From Candidatus Woesearchaeota archaeon (GTDB taxonomy: Archaea; Nanobdellota; Nanobdellia; SCGC-AAA011-G17; GW2011-AR18), in contig JAGWAD010000022.1 in assembly GCA_018302105.1 (NCBI GenBank), positions 13,434 through 77,433 of the forward strand: a stretch of DNA of 64,000 nucleotides. The letters run 5' to 3'. The notes beneath the pieces are model-generated. The model had not been told where the DNA came from, made no database searches, and saw nothing but the letters and a program-made list of their open reading frames with translations. The translations under genes and the position numbers were made by a program. Position 1 is the stretch's first letter. The number at the start of each line of letters is the position of its first letter. This document shows, one piece after another, positions 19,635 through 28,879 of the stretch.

Positions 19635-20369
19635 TTACAGATTTTCATAGAATTCTATTGCTTTAGAATAATCTTGGTTTTTAATATTTTCATGTAATTC
19701 ATCAAATGGATTTTTTGGATTTTTATTAATTACTTCAGTTTTATCTTCTTTATGTCCAACCATAAACCTCCGCTGTTCCAATTTTTTCCCATATAAATTT
19801 TTTGGAAAACTTCTTGACATTGCAAATAATTTTTTTATAGATATATTTCTATATGATATCTTTAATTTACTATACATCTCAAATTTTTTCTCTCTATCTA
19901 AATTCTTATACAATTTATGATAAAGAATTGTTAAATTTGCAAATTCATAGATTGCTTTATCAATATTAGAATCAATTAATTCTGTTATAGTATTATGTTT
20001 TTTATTGAAATCTTTTATATTTATTTTATTAGCATAAACAGATAATAAAAAATTTTTATTTTCCCCATATTCAATTAAAGGCATTTTATATTTATCATTT
20101 TTTAATTCATAAGTTAAATCATGAATTAATTGCAATTCACTATTCATAAATTCTAAATTTCCTTCATTAGACATTATATAAGCTTCATTTATTCTAAGAT
20201 AAATTTCTATCTCCTTGTGCAATAACATTAAATCATTCTTTAATTTTTCAGGTTTATTATTTAATTTACTGAAGTTATTATTTATTTTATTATATTGTAA
20301 AATTGTTTTATCCAATTCCTTATTTTTTAAATATAAATAAGCTTGTTTTAATTCTGATTCAAAAACCAT
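19635..20369 (-). CDS. hypothetical protein
   Basis: 244-aa helical ORF with no motifs. Confidence 0.4.
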   Translation of the reverse strand: MVFESELKQAYLYLKNKELDKTILQYNKINNNFSKLNNKPEKLKNDLMLLHKEIEIYLRINEAYIMSNEGNLEFMNSELQLIHDLTYELKNDKYKMPLIEYGENKNFLLSVYANKINIKDFNKKHNTITELIDSNIDKAIYEFANLTILYHKLYKNLDREKKFEMYSKLKISYRNISIKKLFAMSRSFPKNLYGKKLEQRRFMVGHKEDKTEVINKNPKNPFDELHENIKNQDYSKAIEFYENL

Positions 20370-20502
20370 ATTATTCTATCAATAACTGGCTTTATAAAAT
20401 TTTCTTACACTTTTAAACCATGGAAAGATACAAAGATAAGGGCTTTGAAACTTGTGAAATTAAACCATAATTTAAGAACAAATTACATATTAAAGATTTA
20501 TA

Positions 20503-21486
20503 TTATTTTAAATATAATTCCAGTTTCTTCATCAATAAAGTAGCATAGCTTCCCTTTGGAAGGAAAAATTCAACTATTGCTTTGTAATTATTAATGTCTT
20601 TTTCAGACTTACATTTAATATTATTTATTTCAACAAAAGCTTTCCTGTAAGCAGTTTCAGATATTAACTCTGGCATTTCTTTTATAATAAAATCAGTTAA
20701 TTTAATATTTTCATTATCCAATATTTTTTCAGCTATTTCTTTTATTTTCTTATCAAATAAAGCATCAAAACTTATTAAAGGAATATCAAAATTTTCTCGA
20801 TTTTCATTGGAAACAGCAAGTTTTCCTAAACTATAATCAACAAATATTTTATTTTCTGATTTATCTTCAATATACTTGGATAAAATCAAGTTAAATAAAT
20901 AAGACTGGTAGCTTGAAATATAAAATCTCAATAATCTTCTATGCTGTTTTCTCAACTCACCAATATAATCATTATTAATTATAGTTATCCCAATTATTTC
21001 GCAAGCCTTTTTGAAATCTTTTTTTATTATTGCCTTTCCAACTAAATGTGTATTAAACTTATTCCCAAATCTTTGGTCATCAAAATAGTTTTCTAAAAAT
21101 ATATTATTAGGTATTTCATTTTTTTCCTTTAAATCTCTTGCAGTAATAATAAAATTATTTCCTTTTAAATCTCCTAAATTTATTCTTTCATGACTATAAC
21201 CAACAAATTCAAAATCAATATCTTTTATTTTTAAATTATCAATCCTGTTTTTAGAAATTTTATAAAATGAAACATATTGTGTTGTTATTGCTTTTTTGTC
21301 TTTATTTCCAGCATATCCTATAAACTTTACTTTAGTTCCAAGTCTGTCAGCTATAGTCTCAAGTGCTTTAAATGAGTCCCAGTCTTTCTTAATTAGTTTG
21401 TAAATTAAATAGTTCCCAGATTTTACAGGTTTTAGGTCAATTTGTTCATTTACTCTAAAATCTTCAGGTGTTTGTTTTATTATCAT
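20503..21486 (-). CDS. truD: tRNA pseudouridine(13) synthase TruD
   Basis: GYAGNKDKKAITTQ contains the TruD catalytic GxKD motif. FDDQRFG region matches. About 327 aa. Confidence 0.7.
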   Translation of the reverse strand: MIIKQTPEDFRVNEQIDLKPVKSGNYLIYKLIKKDWDSFKALETIADRLGTKVKFIGYAGNKDKKAITTQYVSFYKISKNRIDNLKIKDIDFEFVGYSHERINLGDLKGNNFIITARDLKEKNEIPNNIFLENYFDDQRFGNKFNTHLVGKAIIKKDFKKACEIIGITIINNDYIGELRKQHRRLLRFYISSYQSYLFNLILSKYIEDKSENKIFVDYSLGKLAVSNENRENFDIPLISFDALFDKKIKEIAEKILDNENIKLTDFIIKEMPELISETAYRKAFVEINNIKCKSEKDINNYKAIVEFFLPKGSYATLLMKKLELYLK

Positions 21487-21537
21487 AAAATTTAAATAAT
21501 GAAAATGAATATAAAGTTAATTAAATAATAATCTAAA

Positions 21538-22068
21538 ATGATAAATATAAAAAAATACTCTTTTAGAAAATATTCTAAGGTTTTTCCCAAGATATTTACT
21601 TTAGAAAAACAAAAATTAAGAAAAATATTTCCCAAAGAGAATATAGAACATATAGGTAGTTCTTCAGTAAAGGGTCTTGGCGGAAAAGGTATTGTAGATA
21701 TAGCAATTGCAGTTCCAAAATACCAAATTAAAAAATCTATAAATAAACTTCAGGAAATCGGTTACAATTATAGGACTTCTGGGGGAAATAAAGAAAGAAA
21801 ATTTTTACAAAAAATTATAAAATATAATGGGATTGAAAGGCGAATACATGTACAGTTAATATCTAAAAATAGCAATGCTTGGAATTCTGTAATTGCTGTA
21901 AGAAATTATTTAAGAAAAAATAAGAAGATAACACAAGAATATGCAAAATTAAAAAAAGAAGCAGTTAAATATGCAAAAGGCGAAAGTACAAAATATAGGG
22001 AATTTAAAGAATCTTTTTTAGAAAAATTAGAAAAAGTTGCTTTGAAAAAATATAGAAAAATTAATTGA
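21538..22068 (+). CDS. GrpB/UPF0157 nucleotidyltransferase-fold protein
   Basis: HIGSSSVKGLGGKGIVDIAI is the GrpB family signature. Confidence 0.6.
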   Translation: MINIKKYSFRKYSKVFPKIFTLEKQKLRKIFPKENIEHIGSSSVKGLGGKGIVDIAIAVPKYQIKKSINKLQEIGYNYRTSGGNKERKFLQKIIKYNGIERRIHVQLISKNSNAWNSVIAVRNYLRKNKKITQEYAKLKKEAVKYAKGESTKYREFKESFLEKLEKVALKKYRKIN

Positions 22069-22117
22069 TATATTTGAAATTAAAAAGTTTTATATAATAA
22101 TCAGATTAAGATTCTTT

Positions 22118-23371
22118 ATGGTAAAAATATTTGTAATTCTTGATGGTATTGGCGATAAGCCATGTAAAGCATTAAATGAGCTTACACCATTACAATTTGC
22201 AAAAACTCCAAATTTAGATTATTTTGCTTCAGAAGCAAGGCATGGCTATGTTTATACTTTAAATGAAAAATTAGCTCCGGAAAGTGACGAGGCAATAATG
22301 GCTTTACTAGGCTATGATCCTAAACAATTTTATTTTGGAAGAGGCCCATTAGAAGCTTATGGTGCAGATATGCAATTTAAAAAAGGTTATCTTGCATTAA
22401 GAACAAATTTTTCAACAGTTGAAAAAGATGGAATTAAATTAATAGATAGAAGGGTTGGGAGAACACTAACTACAAAAGAAAGTAAAGAATTTGAACAAAC
22501 ATTAAATAAGCAATTAGATTTGGGTTTTCCATTTGAATTTAAAGCAACAGTTGGTCATAGAGGAATTATAATTATAAAAGGAGAATTTTCCAGCAATATT
22601 TCAAATGCAGATCCTGCTTATAAAAAAGTCGGAAGATTTGGTGTCGCATTAACAAATAATTCTTCCCAGTTTATACAAACTTCAAAGCCATTAGATCCTG
22701 ATGCAAAAACAAGATTATCCTCAAACATGGTAAATGAAATAACAAAACAAAGCTATGAAATATTAAAATCCCATAAATTAAACCAGGAAAGAAAAAAGAA
22801 ATATTTATTAGAAGCAAATATTTTATTGACAAGGGATGCAGGAACAGAACTTCCAGAATTGGAAAAAAAGAAAGGCTGGGCTGCAATTGTATCAATGCCA
22901 TTGGAAATAGGTTTATGCAGATTAGCAGGAATGGAAATTTTAAAATTTGATTATCCTGAAAGCAAAAGCAAGGATGTCTATGAAAATTTATTTGATGGAT
23001 TAAATAAGACCATAGAAACAAGCATTAAAAACATTAAAGAAAATAAATTTAATTATTATTTTGTTCATTTTAAAGAAACAGATATTCCAGGCCATGATAA
23101 TAAGCCAAAAGAAAAAGTAAAAATGATTGAATTACTTGATAAAAAGTTCTTCAGATTTTTAAAAGATCTTAAAAATGTAGAATTAGTAGTTACAGGAGAT
23201 CATTCTACACCATGTGAATTAAAAGGTCATTCTGCAGATCCGGTACCATTAATGCATTTCGATAACAAATCTGGTGATGTAATAGACCAGTTTGACGAAG
23301 AATCATGTAAAGAAGGTTCTTATGGAAAGTTATATGGAAAAGATGTATTAAAAAAAGTTGGTTTTGAATAA
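22118..23371 (+). CDS. apgM: 2,3-bisphosphoglycerate-independent phosphoglycerate mutase, archaeal type
   Basis: KIFVILDGIGD...KTPNLD... and C-terminal VTGDHSTPC...HSADPVP motifs of archaeal iPGM. Confidence 0.8.
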   Translation: MVKIFVILDGIGDKPCKALNELTPLQFAKTPNLDYFASEARHGYVYTLNEKLAPESDEAIMALLGYDPKQFYFGRGPLEAYGADMQFKKGYLALRTNFSTVEKDGIKLIDRRVGRTLTTKESKEFEQTLNKQLDLGFPFEFKATVGHRGIIIIKGEFSSNISNADPAYKKVGRFGVALTNNSSQFIQTSKPLDPDAKTRLSSNMVNEITKQSYEILKSHKLNQERKKKYLLEANILLTRDAGTELPELEKKKGWAAIVSMPLEIGLCRLAGMEILKFDYPESKSKDVYENLFDGLNKTIETSIKNIKENKFNYYFVHFKETDIPGHDNKPKEKVKMIELLDKKFFRFLKDLKNVELVVTGDHSTPCELKGHSADPVPLMHFDNKSGDVIDQFDEESCKEGSYGKLYGKDVLKKVGFE

Positions 23372-24076
23372 TCAGTATCTTCCGCCCAAATAAATATTCT
23401 TAATTTTCTTATGTTTTAATATATCTTTGCCGCCAGTTAAAGCAATTTTTCCATCTTCTAGTAAATATGTTCTGTCTGCAATTTGTATTGCTTTTTTTGC
23501 ATTTTGTTCAACAATTAAAATAGTTAATCCCAAATCTCTTAATTTCTCAATTGTTTTAAATAATTCTTTTTGCAATAAAGGACTTAATCCTAAAGACGGT
23601 TCATCTAATAACAATAACTTTGGTTTTTGTATTAATGCCCTTCCAATAGCAAGCATTTGTTGTTGCCCGCCACTTAAAGTAAAAGCTAATTTATTCTTCT
23701 TTTCTTTTAAAACAGGAAACAAATCATAAACATAGTTTATTCGCTGGTCTTTTGTCGCTTTGTCTATATTATCATTCCCAATTTCCAGATTTTCTTTTAC
23801 ACTTAAATTATTAAAATTTATTCTTCCCTGGCTTACATAACTAATTCCTAATTTCATAAGTTCGTAAGTCTTTAATTTTGTTATATTTTTTTCATTAAAT
23901 AAAATTTCTCCACTAGTCACATTAGCAATATTAAATATTGATTTGATTACAGTGCTTTTTCCAGCACCATTCGGGCCAATTAAGGCAATTATTTCTTTTT
24001 CATTAATATTTATATCAATACCTTCCAGTATTTCAAGTCCATTATATCCCGAATGTAAATTTTTTATTTCTAACAT
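23372..24076 (-). CDS. livF: branched-chain amino acid ABC transporter ATP-binding protein LivF
   Basis: Walker A GPNGAGKST, signature LSGGQQQ, Walker B LLLLDEP. Last gene of a five-gene liv operon. Confidence 0.85.
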   Translation of the reverse strand: MLEIKNLHSGYNGLEILEGIDININEKEIIALIGPNGAGKSTVIKSIFNIANVTSGEILFNEKNITKLKTYELMKLGISYVSQGRINFNNLSVKENLEIGNDNIDKATKDQRINYVYDLFPVLKEKKNKLAFTLSGGQQQMLAIGRALIQKPKLLLLDEPSLGLSPLLQKELFKTIEKLRDLGLTILIVEQNAKKAIQIADRTYLLEDGKIALTGGKDILKHKKIKNIYLGGRY

Positions 24077-24077
24077 A

Positions 24078-24809
24078 TTAGTCTCCCAAATAAGCCTCTA
24101 ATACTTTTTTATTGCTCTGTATTTCTGCTGGTTCGCCATGTGCAATTATTTTTCCAGCATCCATTACAAAAATATAATCTGCTAAATCCATTACAAAGTT
24201 CATATCATGTTCTATAAGTAATATTGTCCCTTTATTTTTATTCAGATTTTTAATTATTTCTTTTATTTCTTCTCTTAAAACAGGATTCACTCCAGCAACA
24301 GGTTCATCTAATAATAAAAGTGAATGAGGTTTAGCTATTGCCATTGCCAGATCTAATAATTTTCTTTGCCCATAACTTAAATCAGTAACTAATGTGTTTA
24401 ATGGTTTTTTTAAGTGCACTAATTTTAATATTCTATCAATTCTTTCTGCATTGTTAGGTTTATCCTTAAATAATGACTTGAAAATACTTTCATCAGAATT
24501 AGATAATGAAATTTCTAAATGATCTTTTATTGTTAAATTTCTAAATAATCTTACATCTTGGAAAGTTCTTGAAATTCCAGATTTAGATATTTCATAATCT
24601 TTCAATTTAGTTATATTCTTTCCATTAAAATGAATATGTCCATCATTAGATTTTAATAATTTTGATATTAAATTAAATAAAGTTGTTTTCCCAGATCCAT
24701 TTGGTCCTATAATTGCAGTTATTTTTTCCCTTTCTATTTCTAAACTACAGTCTTTTACAGCATGTATCCCTCCAAATCTTTTTGTTAAGCATTCAATTTT
24801 AAGAATCAT
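24078..24809 (-). CDS. livG: branched-chain amino acid ABC transporter ATP-binding protein LivG
   Basis: GPNGSGKTT, LSYGQRK, LLLLDEP. Confidence 0.85.
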   Translation of the reverse strand: MILKIECLTKRFGGIHAVKDCSLEIEREKITAIIGPNGSGKTTLFNLISKLLKSNDGHIHFNGKNITKLKDYEISKSGISRTFQDVRLFRNLTIKDHLEISLSNSDESIFKSLFKDKPNNAERIDRILKLVHLKKPLNTLVTDLSYGQRKLLDLAMAIAKPHSLLLLDEPVAGVNPVLREEIKEIIKNLNKNKGTILLIEHDMNFVMDLADYIFVMDAGKIIAHGEPAEIQSNKKVLEAYLGD

Positions 24810-25678
24810 TCCAAGTCAATCCTCCCAAACAGTCCTTTTGGTTTAAACAATAAAATTCCAATTAATATTAATGCATATATTATCTGCCTTGTTGGCCCAA
24901 GAACATGGCTCGGAATAGCAAAAAATCTTAATAACTCAGGAATTATAAATAAAATAAAAGTTGCGATTATGCTTCCTTTAAAAGATGCAATTCCTCCAAC
25001 TATAACAATTGTAAATATAAAAATAATACTATTTAACATAAAAGATGTAGGATCAATATAACCATTATAATGAGCAAATAAACTTCCAGCTAGACCAGCA
25101 AATAAAGAAGAGATTATCATTGCTTTATATTTTATTTTAATTGTATTTTTTCCTAAAACTCTTAATCCCAATTCATCATCTCTCGTTGCATGCAATAGCC
25201 TTCCAAAAGGAGACTTAATTATGGCATACATTATCATGCATGAAATTATAGCTATGAAAATAACAAATAGTAAGAATTCAAAATTAGATTTTAAAAAATA
25301 TCCAAAAATATTTGGTCTGCTTATCCCAGAAATTCCTAAGGGTCCATTGGTTATTGAACTTAAATTAAGCATTAAAGAATAGATTAAAAAACTAAATCCT
25401 AAAGTTGCTAAAGCTAAATAATCTCCTTTCAACCTTTTAGTTATCCATACTAATAAAAATCCAAAACACCCGGCAATTATACATGATATAATTAAAGCCA
25501 ATATAAAAGGAATTCCTTCTCTTGTTAAAATTGCAGAAGTATAAGCACCAATACCAAAAAATGCAATATGTCCCAAATTTAATAATCCTGTATATCCTAA
25601 GGCAATGTTTAAACTTACAGCTAATATAATATAAATTCCAATTAATATTAGTATATGGATTAAATAATTTTCTATCAT
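24806..25678 (-). CDS. livM: branched-chain amino acid ABC transporter permease LivM
   Basis: Polytopic permease with stop/start overlap to both neighbouring genes. Confidence 0.75.
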   Translation of the reverse strand: MIENYLIHILILIGIYIILAVSLNIALGYTGLLNLGHIAFFGIGAYTSAILTREGIPFILALIISCIIAGCFGFLLVWITKRLKGDYLALATLGFSFLIYSLMLNLSSITNGPLGISGISRPNIFGYFLKSNFEFLLFVIFIAIISCMIMYAIIKSPFGRLLHATRDDELGLRVLGKNTIKIKYKAMIISSLFAGLAGSLFAHYNGYIDPTSFMLNSIIFIFTIVIVGGIASFKGSIIATFILFIIPELLRFFAIPSHVLGPTRQIIYALILIGILLFKPKGLFGRIDLE

Positions 25679-26550
25679 TTTTTAATCCCCTTGTTAATTC
25701 CTAAAATTCCATGTGGTTTGAATAATAAAAATAAGAATAATAATGTAAATGCTATTGCATCTTTATATCCTGATGACAAATACCAAATTCCAAAATTTTC
25801 AGCAATTCCTAAGATATAACTGCCAAGTATAGAACCAGGAACTGAAGTTATTCCTCCAATAATTGATCCTGTAAATCCTTTAACTATTAAATTCGTTCCT
25901 ATGGTTGGCTCTAATGTTTGTTCTAAAGCAATGAATATTCCAGCTATACCCGCTAATAAAGAGCCAATAAAAAATGAATAATATGAAACTTTTTTATAGT
26001 CTATACCAATAATGCTTGCCAATTCCTTATTATCAGAAACAGCACGCATATTTCTTCCGATTTTTGTTTTCTTCATTAAAAGATATAACAATAACAATAA
26101 TATTAGGGATGTAACAATTATTATAATCTGCAATGGAGTAATAATAAAACTTGAAAATTCTATGCTTTTTGTTAAATCACTATTTATTGTTTTTACAGTA
26201 GTTCCAAAAACCAGCATAATCATATTTTCAAATAATATTAGTATTCCAACAGAAGCTATAAGTAAAACTATATTTGAAGATTTTCTTTTTTGCAATGGTC
26301 CATAAAATACTTTATACATAAAAATCCCAAATAATCCAGTTAATATTAAAACCAATAATATTGAAATAATAAAATTTATTTTTAATGTGTTTAAACTTAA
26401 ATAAAATAAATAAGAAGCAATAACAACACTTATTCCATGTGCAAAATGCATAAATTTATTTGTAGAATAAATTAAAGAAAATCCGCATGCAACTAAAGCA
26501 TACAAACTTCCTATAATCAAGGAATTTACAATTATTTGTATTAATGCCAT
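25675..26550 (-). CDS. livH: branched-chain amino acid ABC transporter permease LivH
   Basis: Polytopic permease, first permease gene of the liv operon. Confidence 0.75.
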   Translation of the reverse strand: MALIQIIVNSLIIGSLYALVACGFSLIYSTNKFMHFAHGISVVIASYLFYLSLNTLKINFIISILLVLILTGLFGIFMYKVFYGPLQKRKSSNIVLLIASVGILILFENMIMLVFGTTVKTINSDLTKSIEFSSFIITPLQIIIIVTSLILLLLLYLLMKKTKIGRNMRAVSDNKELASIIGIDYKKVSYYSFFIGSLLAGIAGIFIALEQTLEPTIGTNLIVKGFTGSIIGGITSVPGSILGSYILGIAENFGIWYLSSGYKDAIAFTLLFLFLLFKPHGILGINKGIKK

Positions 26551-26701
26551 TATTGCAAATCTCCTGCTGTATCAACAAAAAATTTTTGCCTTTTTATTCT
26601 GATTTCTAAACTTTCTGTTCTCATATTTCTGATAATATCTTTTCTAATGTATCTGGAAAAACCCCATTTTAACCCTACAAAAAAATAAAAAAATTAAATT
26701 T

Positions 26702-27823
26702 TTATCTATATACTGATTTTTTACTTCTTACAACTTTTACATCATAAGCAACTTGTTTTAAGTCTCCAACACTGTCAAATTCTATTTTACTAGTTGATAC
26801 ACCATTTATTGAAGTTTGTTTTAAAGCTTCTTTTATTCCAGCTTTATTTGTACTTCCAGTGTTCTTAATTGCTTCAGTCATTACTCTTAATGCATCATAT
26901 GCTAATGGTGCAGCAATTGCAACTTCCAAATTTTCAAAGCCTTTCACGTTCTTTATTTTAGCCTTAAAATCTTCAGGTGAATTTACGCGAGCAACTAAAT
27001 ATATTGTATCTTCTGCATAATCACTTTTAAAAAATTCTTCACCATCAAAAGCATCTCCACCTATAACTGGAATATTTAAGTTCATTTCTTTTATCTGTTT
27101 TAAAGCAGATACCCCGCCAGCAGGATAAACTGGTAAATATAAAGCTTCTGCTCCGCTTTCTTTAACTTTAGTTATCAAAGTTTTGAAATCCTTATCAGTT
27201 TGTAAAACTCCATCTTCATATATTACTTCTCCACCCAATTGCCTGAATGTTGGAGCAAATACATTTTTTATTCCTTCTCCCCAATCATTCTTTACATAAA
27301 CTATAGCTATTTTTTTCTTGCCTAAAGTGTTATATATAAAATTAGCAGCTTCTTTTCCTTGGAAGCTATCTGAAGGATAAACTCTAAAAATATATTCTCC
27401 TTCTGTTAATTTAGGTGCTGAAGCAGCAACTATTACTACTGGTACTCCGTTGCTTTCTGCTATTGGCAATGCTGGACCGCCAGAAGCAGAACAAATTGGA
27501 CCAATTACTCCAGTAACTTGATCAACATTAATTAATTTTTGAATAGCACTCACACTATCAGCTGAACATTTGTCATCTTCAGCAACTAACTCTATTTTTC
27601 TTCCGCCAATTCCACCTTGTGAATTAATTTCATTAGCAGCAAGTGTTGCACCAGCTAGCGAGTTTTGACCCCAGGAAGCAGCTTCTCCAGTTAAAGGCAA
27701 TAATAATCCTAATTTAATAGGTTCACTGCTCTGTGAATTTGAGTTCCCATTATTCTGTGAGCTGCAAGCCCCAATAAGAACAATTAATATAAATAATGCT
27801 AAAAATATTTTAACTTTTTGCAT
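26702..27823 (-). CDS. livK: branched-chain amino acid ABC transporter substrate-binding lipoprotein (LivK/LivJ type)
   Basis: Signal peptide with lipobox LIGAC. Periplasmic binding protein fold (PLTGEAASWGQ...). Confidence 0.8.
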   Translation of the reverse strand: MQKVKIFLALFILIVLIGACSSQNNGNSNSQSSEPIKLGLLLPLTGEAASWGQNSLAGATLAANEINSQGGIGGRKIELVAEDDKCSADSVSAIQKLINVDQVTGVIGPICSASGGPALPIAESNGVPVVIVAASAPKLTEGEYIFRVYPSDSFQGKEAANFIYNTLGKKKIAIVYVKNDWGEGIKNVFAPTFRQLGGEVIYEDGVLQTDKDFKTLITKVKESGAEALYLPVYPAGGVSALKQIKEMNLNIPVIGGDAFDGEEFFKSDYAEDTIYLVARVNSPEDFKAKIKNVKGFENLEVAIAAPLAYDALRVMTEAIKNTGSTNKAGIKEALKQTSINGVSTSKIEFDSVGDLKQVAYDVKVVRSKKSVYR

Positions 27824-27962
27824 AGTCTAATCCCCCATGTTTAATTTCTATAATCTTCTTATGGAATCTGATCAATTAGAATAAATATATATTTTATTAT
27901 TAAATACTATATATGTATATTAATATATAGATAAAGTAGAAATATTTATATATTTGTAAGTT

Positions 27963-28877
27963 TTGCTAATTTTAATGAAAAGAAAAATTGTAAAATTAGG
28001 TCCGGCAACATTAGTTATAAGTCTCCCGAATAAATGGGTTAGAAAATTCAATATAGTAGCAGGAAATGAACTTGAAGTAGTAGAAGAAGAAAAAGGATTA
28101 ATAATCAAAACAGAAAGCAATTTTAAAACAGAAAAAGAATTCTTGGATTTTACAAAAATAAATAAATTGCTGAAAAGAATATTAGCTTCTAAGTACACAA
28201 AAGGAACAGACGAGATAGAGATAAAAATAGATTCTCTGGAAAAATCAAGAATAATACAAAAAAGAGTTGATGAAATGATTGGAATGGAAGTTATTGAGCA
28301 AAGCAAAGATAGATTATTAATAAAAGATATTCAGGGAACAAATATAGAAAATTTTGATAATATATTAAGAAGGGTTTTATATTTAATAAACTCACTATCA
28401 GAAGAAAGTTTAAAATCAATATCTAAAAAAGAAACAGACTTAGAATATTTGCAGGATATAGAAAAAAATATTAATAAATTCACAGATTATTGCTTTAGGA
28501 TTCTAAACAAAAAAGGATATGCAAATTATAAAAATACATCAGCAATGTATTGTATAATCTATTTACTTGAAGATTTGGCAGATGAATATAAAAATTTAAT
28601 ATCTTATATTAATGAAAATAAAATAAAGTTAAATAACGAATTAATTTTAATTTACTCAAAGATTGATGATTATTATAAAAATTTACAAAAATTATTCTTA
28701 AAATTTGATTTAGAAGATGCTGTAAACTTAGCCGATTATAGAGACAAAATAATAATTTTTACTTCTAAACAACTAAAAAATACAAAATCAGCAAATGAAG
28801 CAATAATAATAAAGAATTTTGAAAGAATAATAAAAATAATTATTGATATAATGGACCAATTATTAAAAACGAATTAG
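27963..28877 (+). CDS. AbrB/SpoVT-type DNA-binding domain fused to a PhoU-like helical domain, putative regulator
   Basis: N-terminus KIVKLGPATLVISLPNKWVRKFNI..GNELEV is a swapped-hairpin AbrB-like barrel. The remainder is helical and PhoU-like. Confidence 0.5.
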   Translation: MLILMKRKIVKLGPATLVISLPNKWVRKFNIVAGNELEVVEEEKGLIIKTESNFKTEKEFLDFTKINKLLKRILASKYTKGTDEIEIKIDSLEKSRIIQKRVDEMIGMEVIEQSKDRLLIKDIQGTNIENFDNILRRVLYLINSLSEESLKSISKKETDLEYLQDIEKNINKFTDYCFRILNKKGYANYKNTSAMYCIIYLLEDLADEYKNLISYINENKIKLNNELILIYSKIDDYYKNLQKLFLKFDLEDAVNLADYRDKIIIFTSKQLKNTKSANEAIIIKNFERIIKIIIDIMDQLLKTN

Positions 28878-28879
28878 TA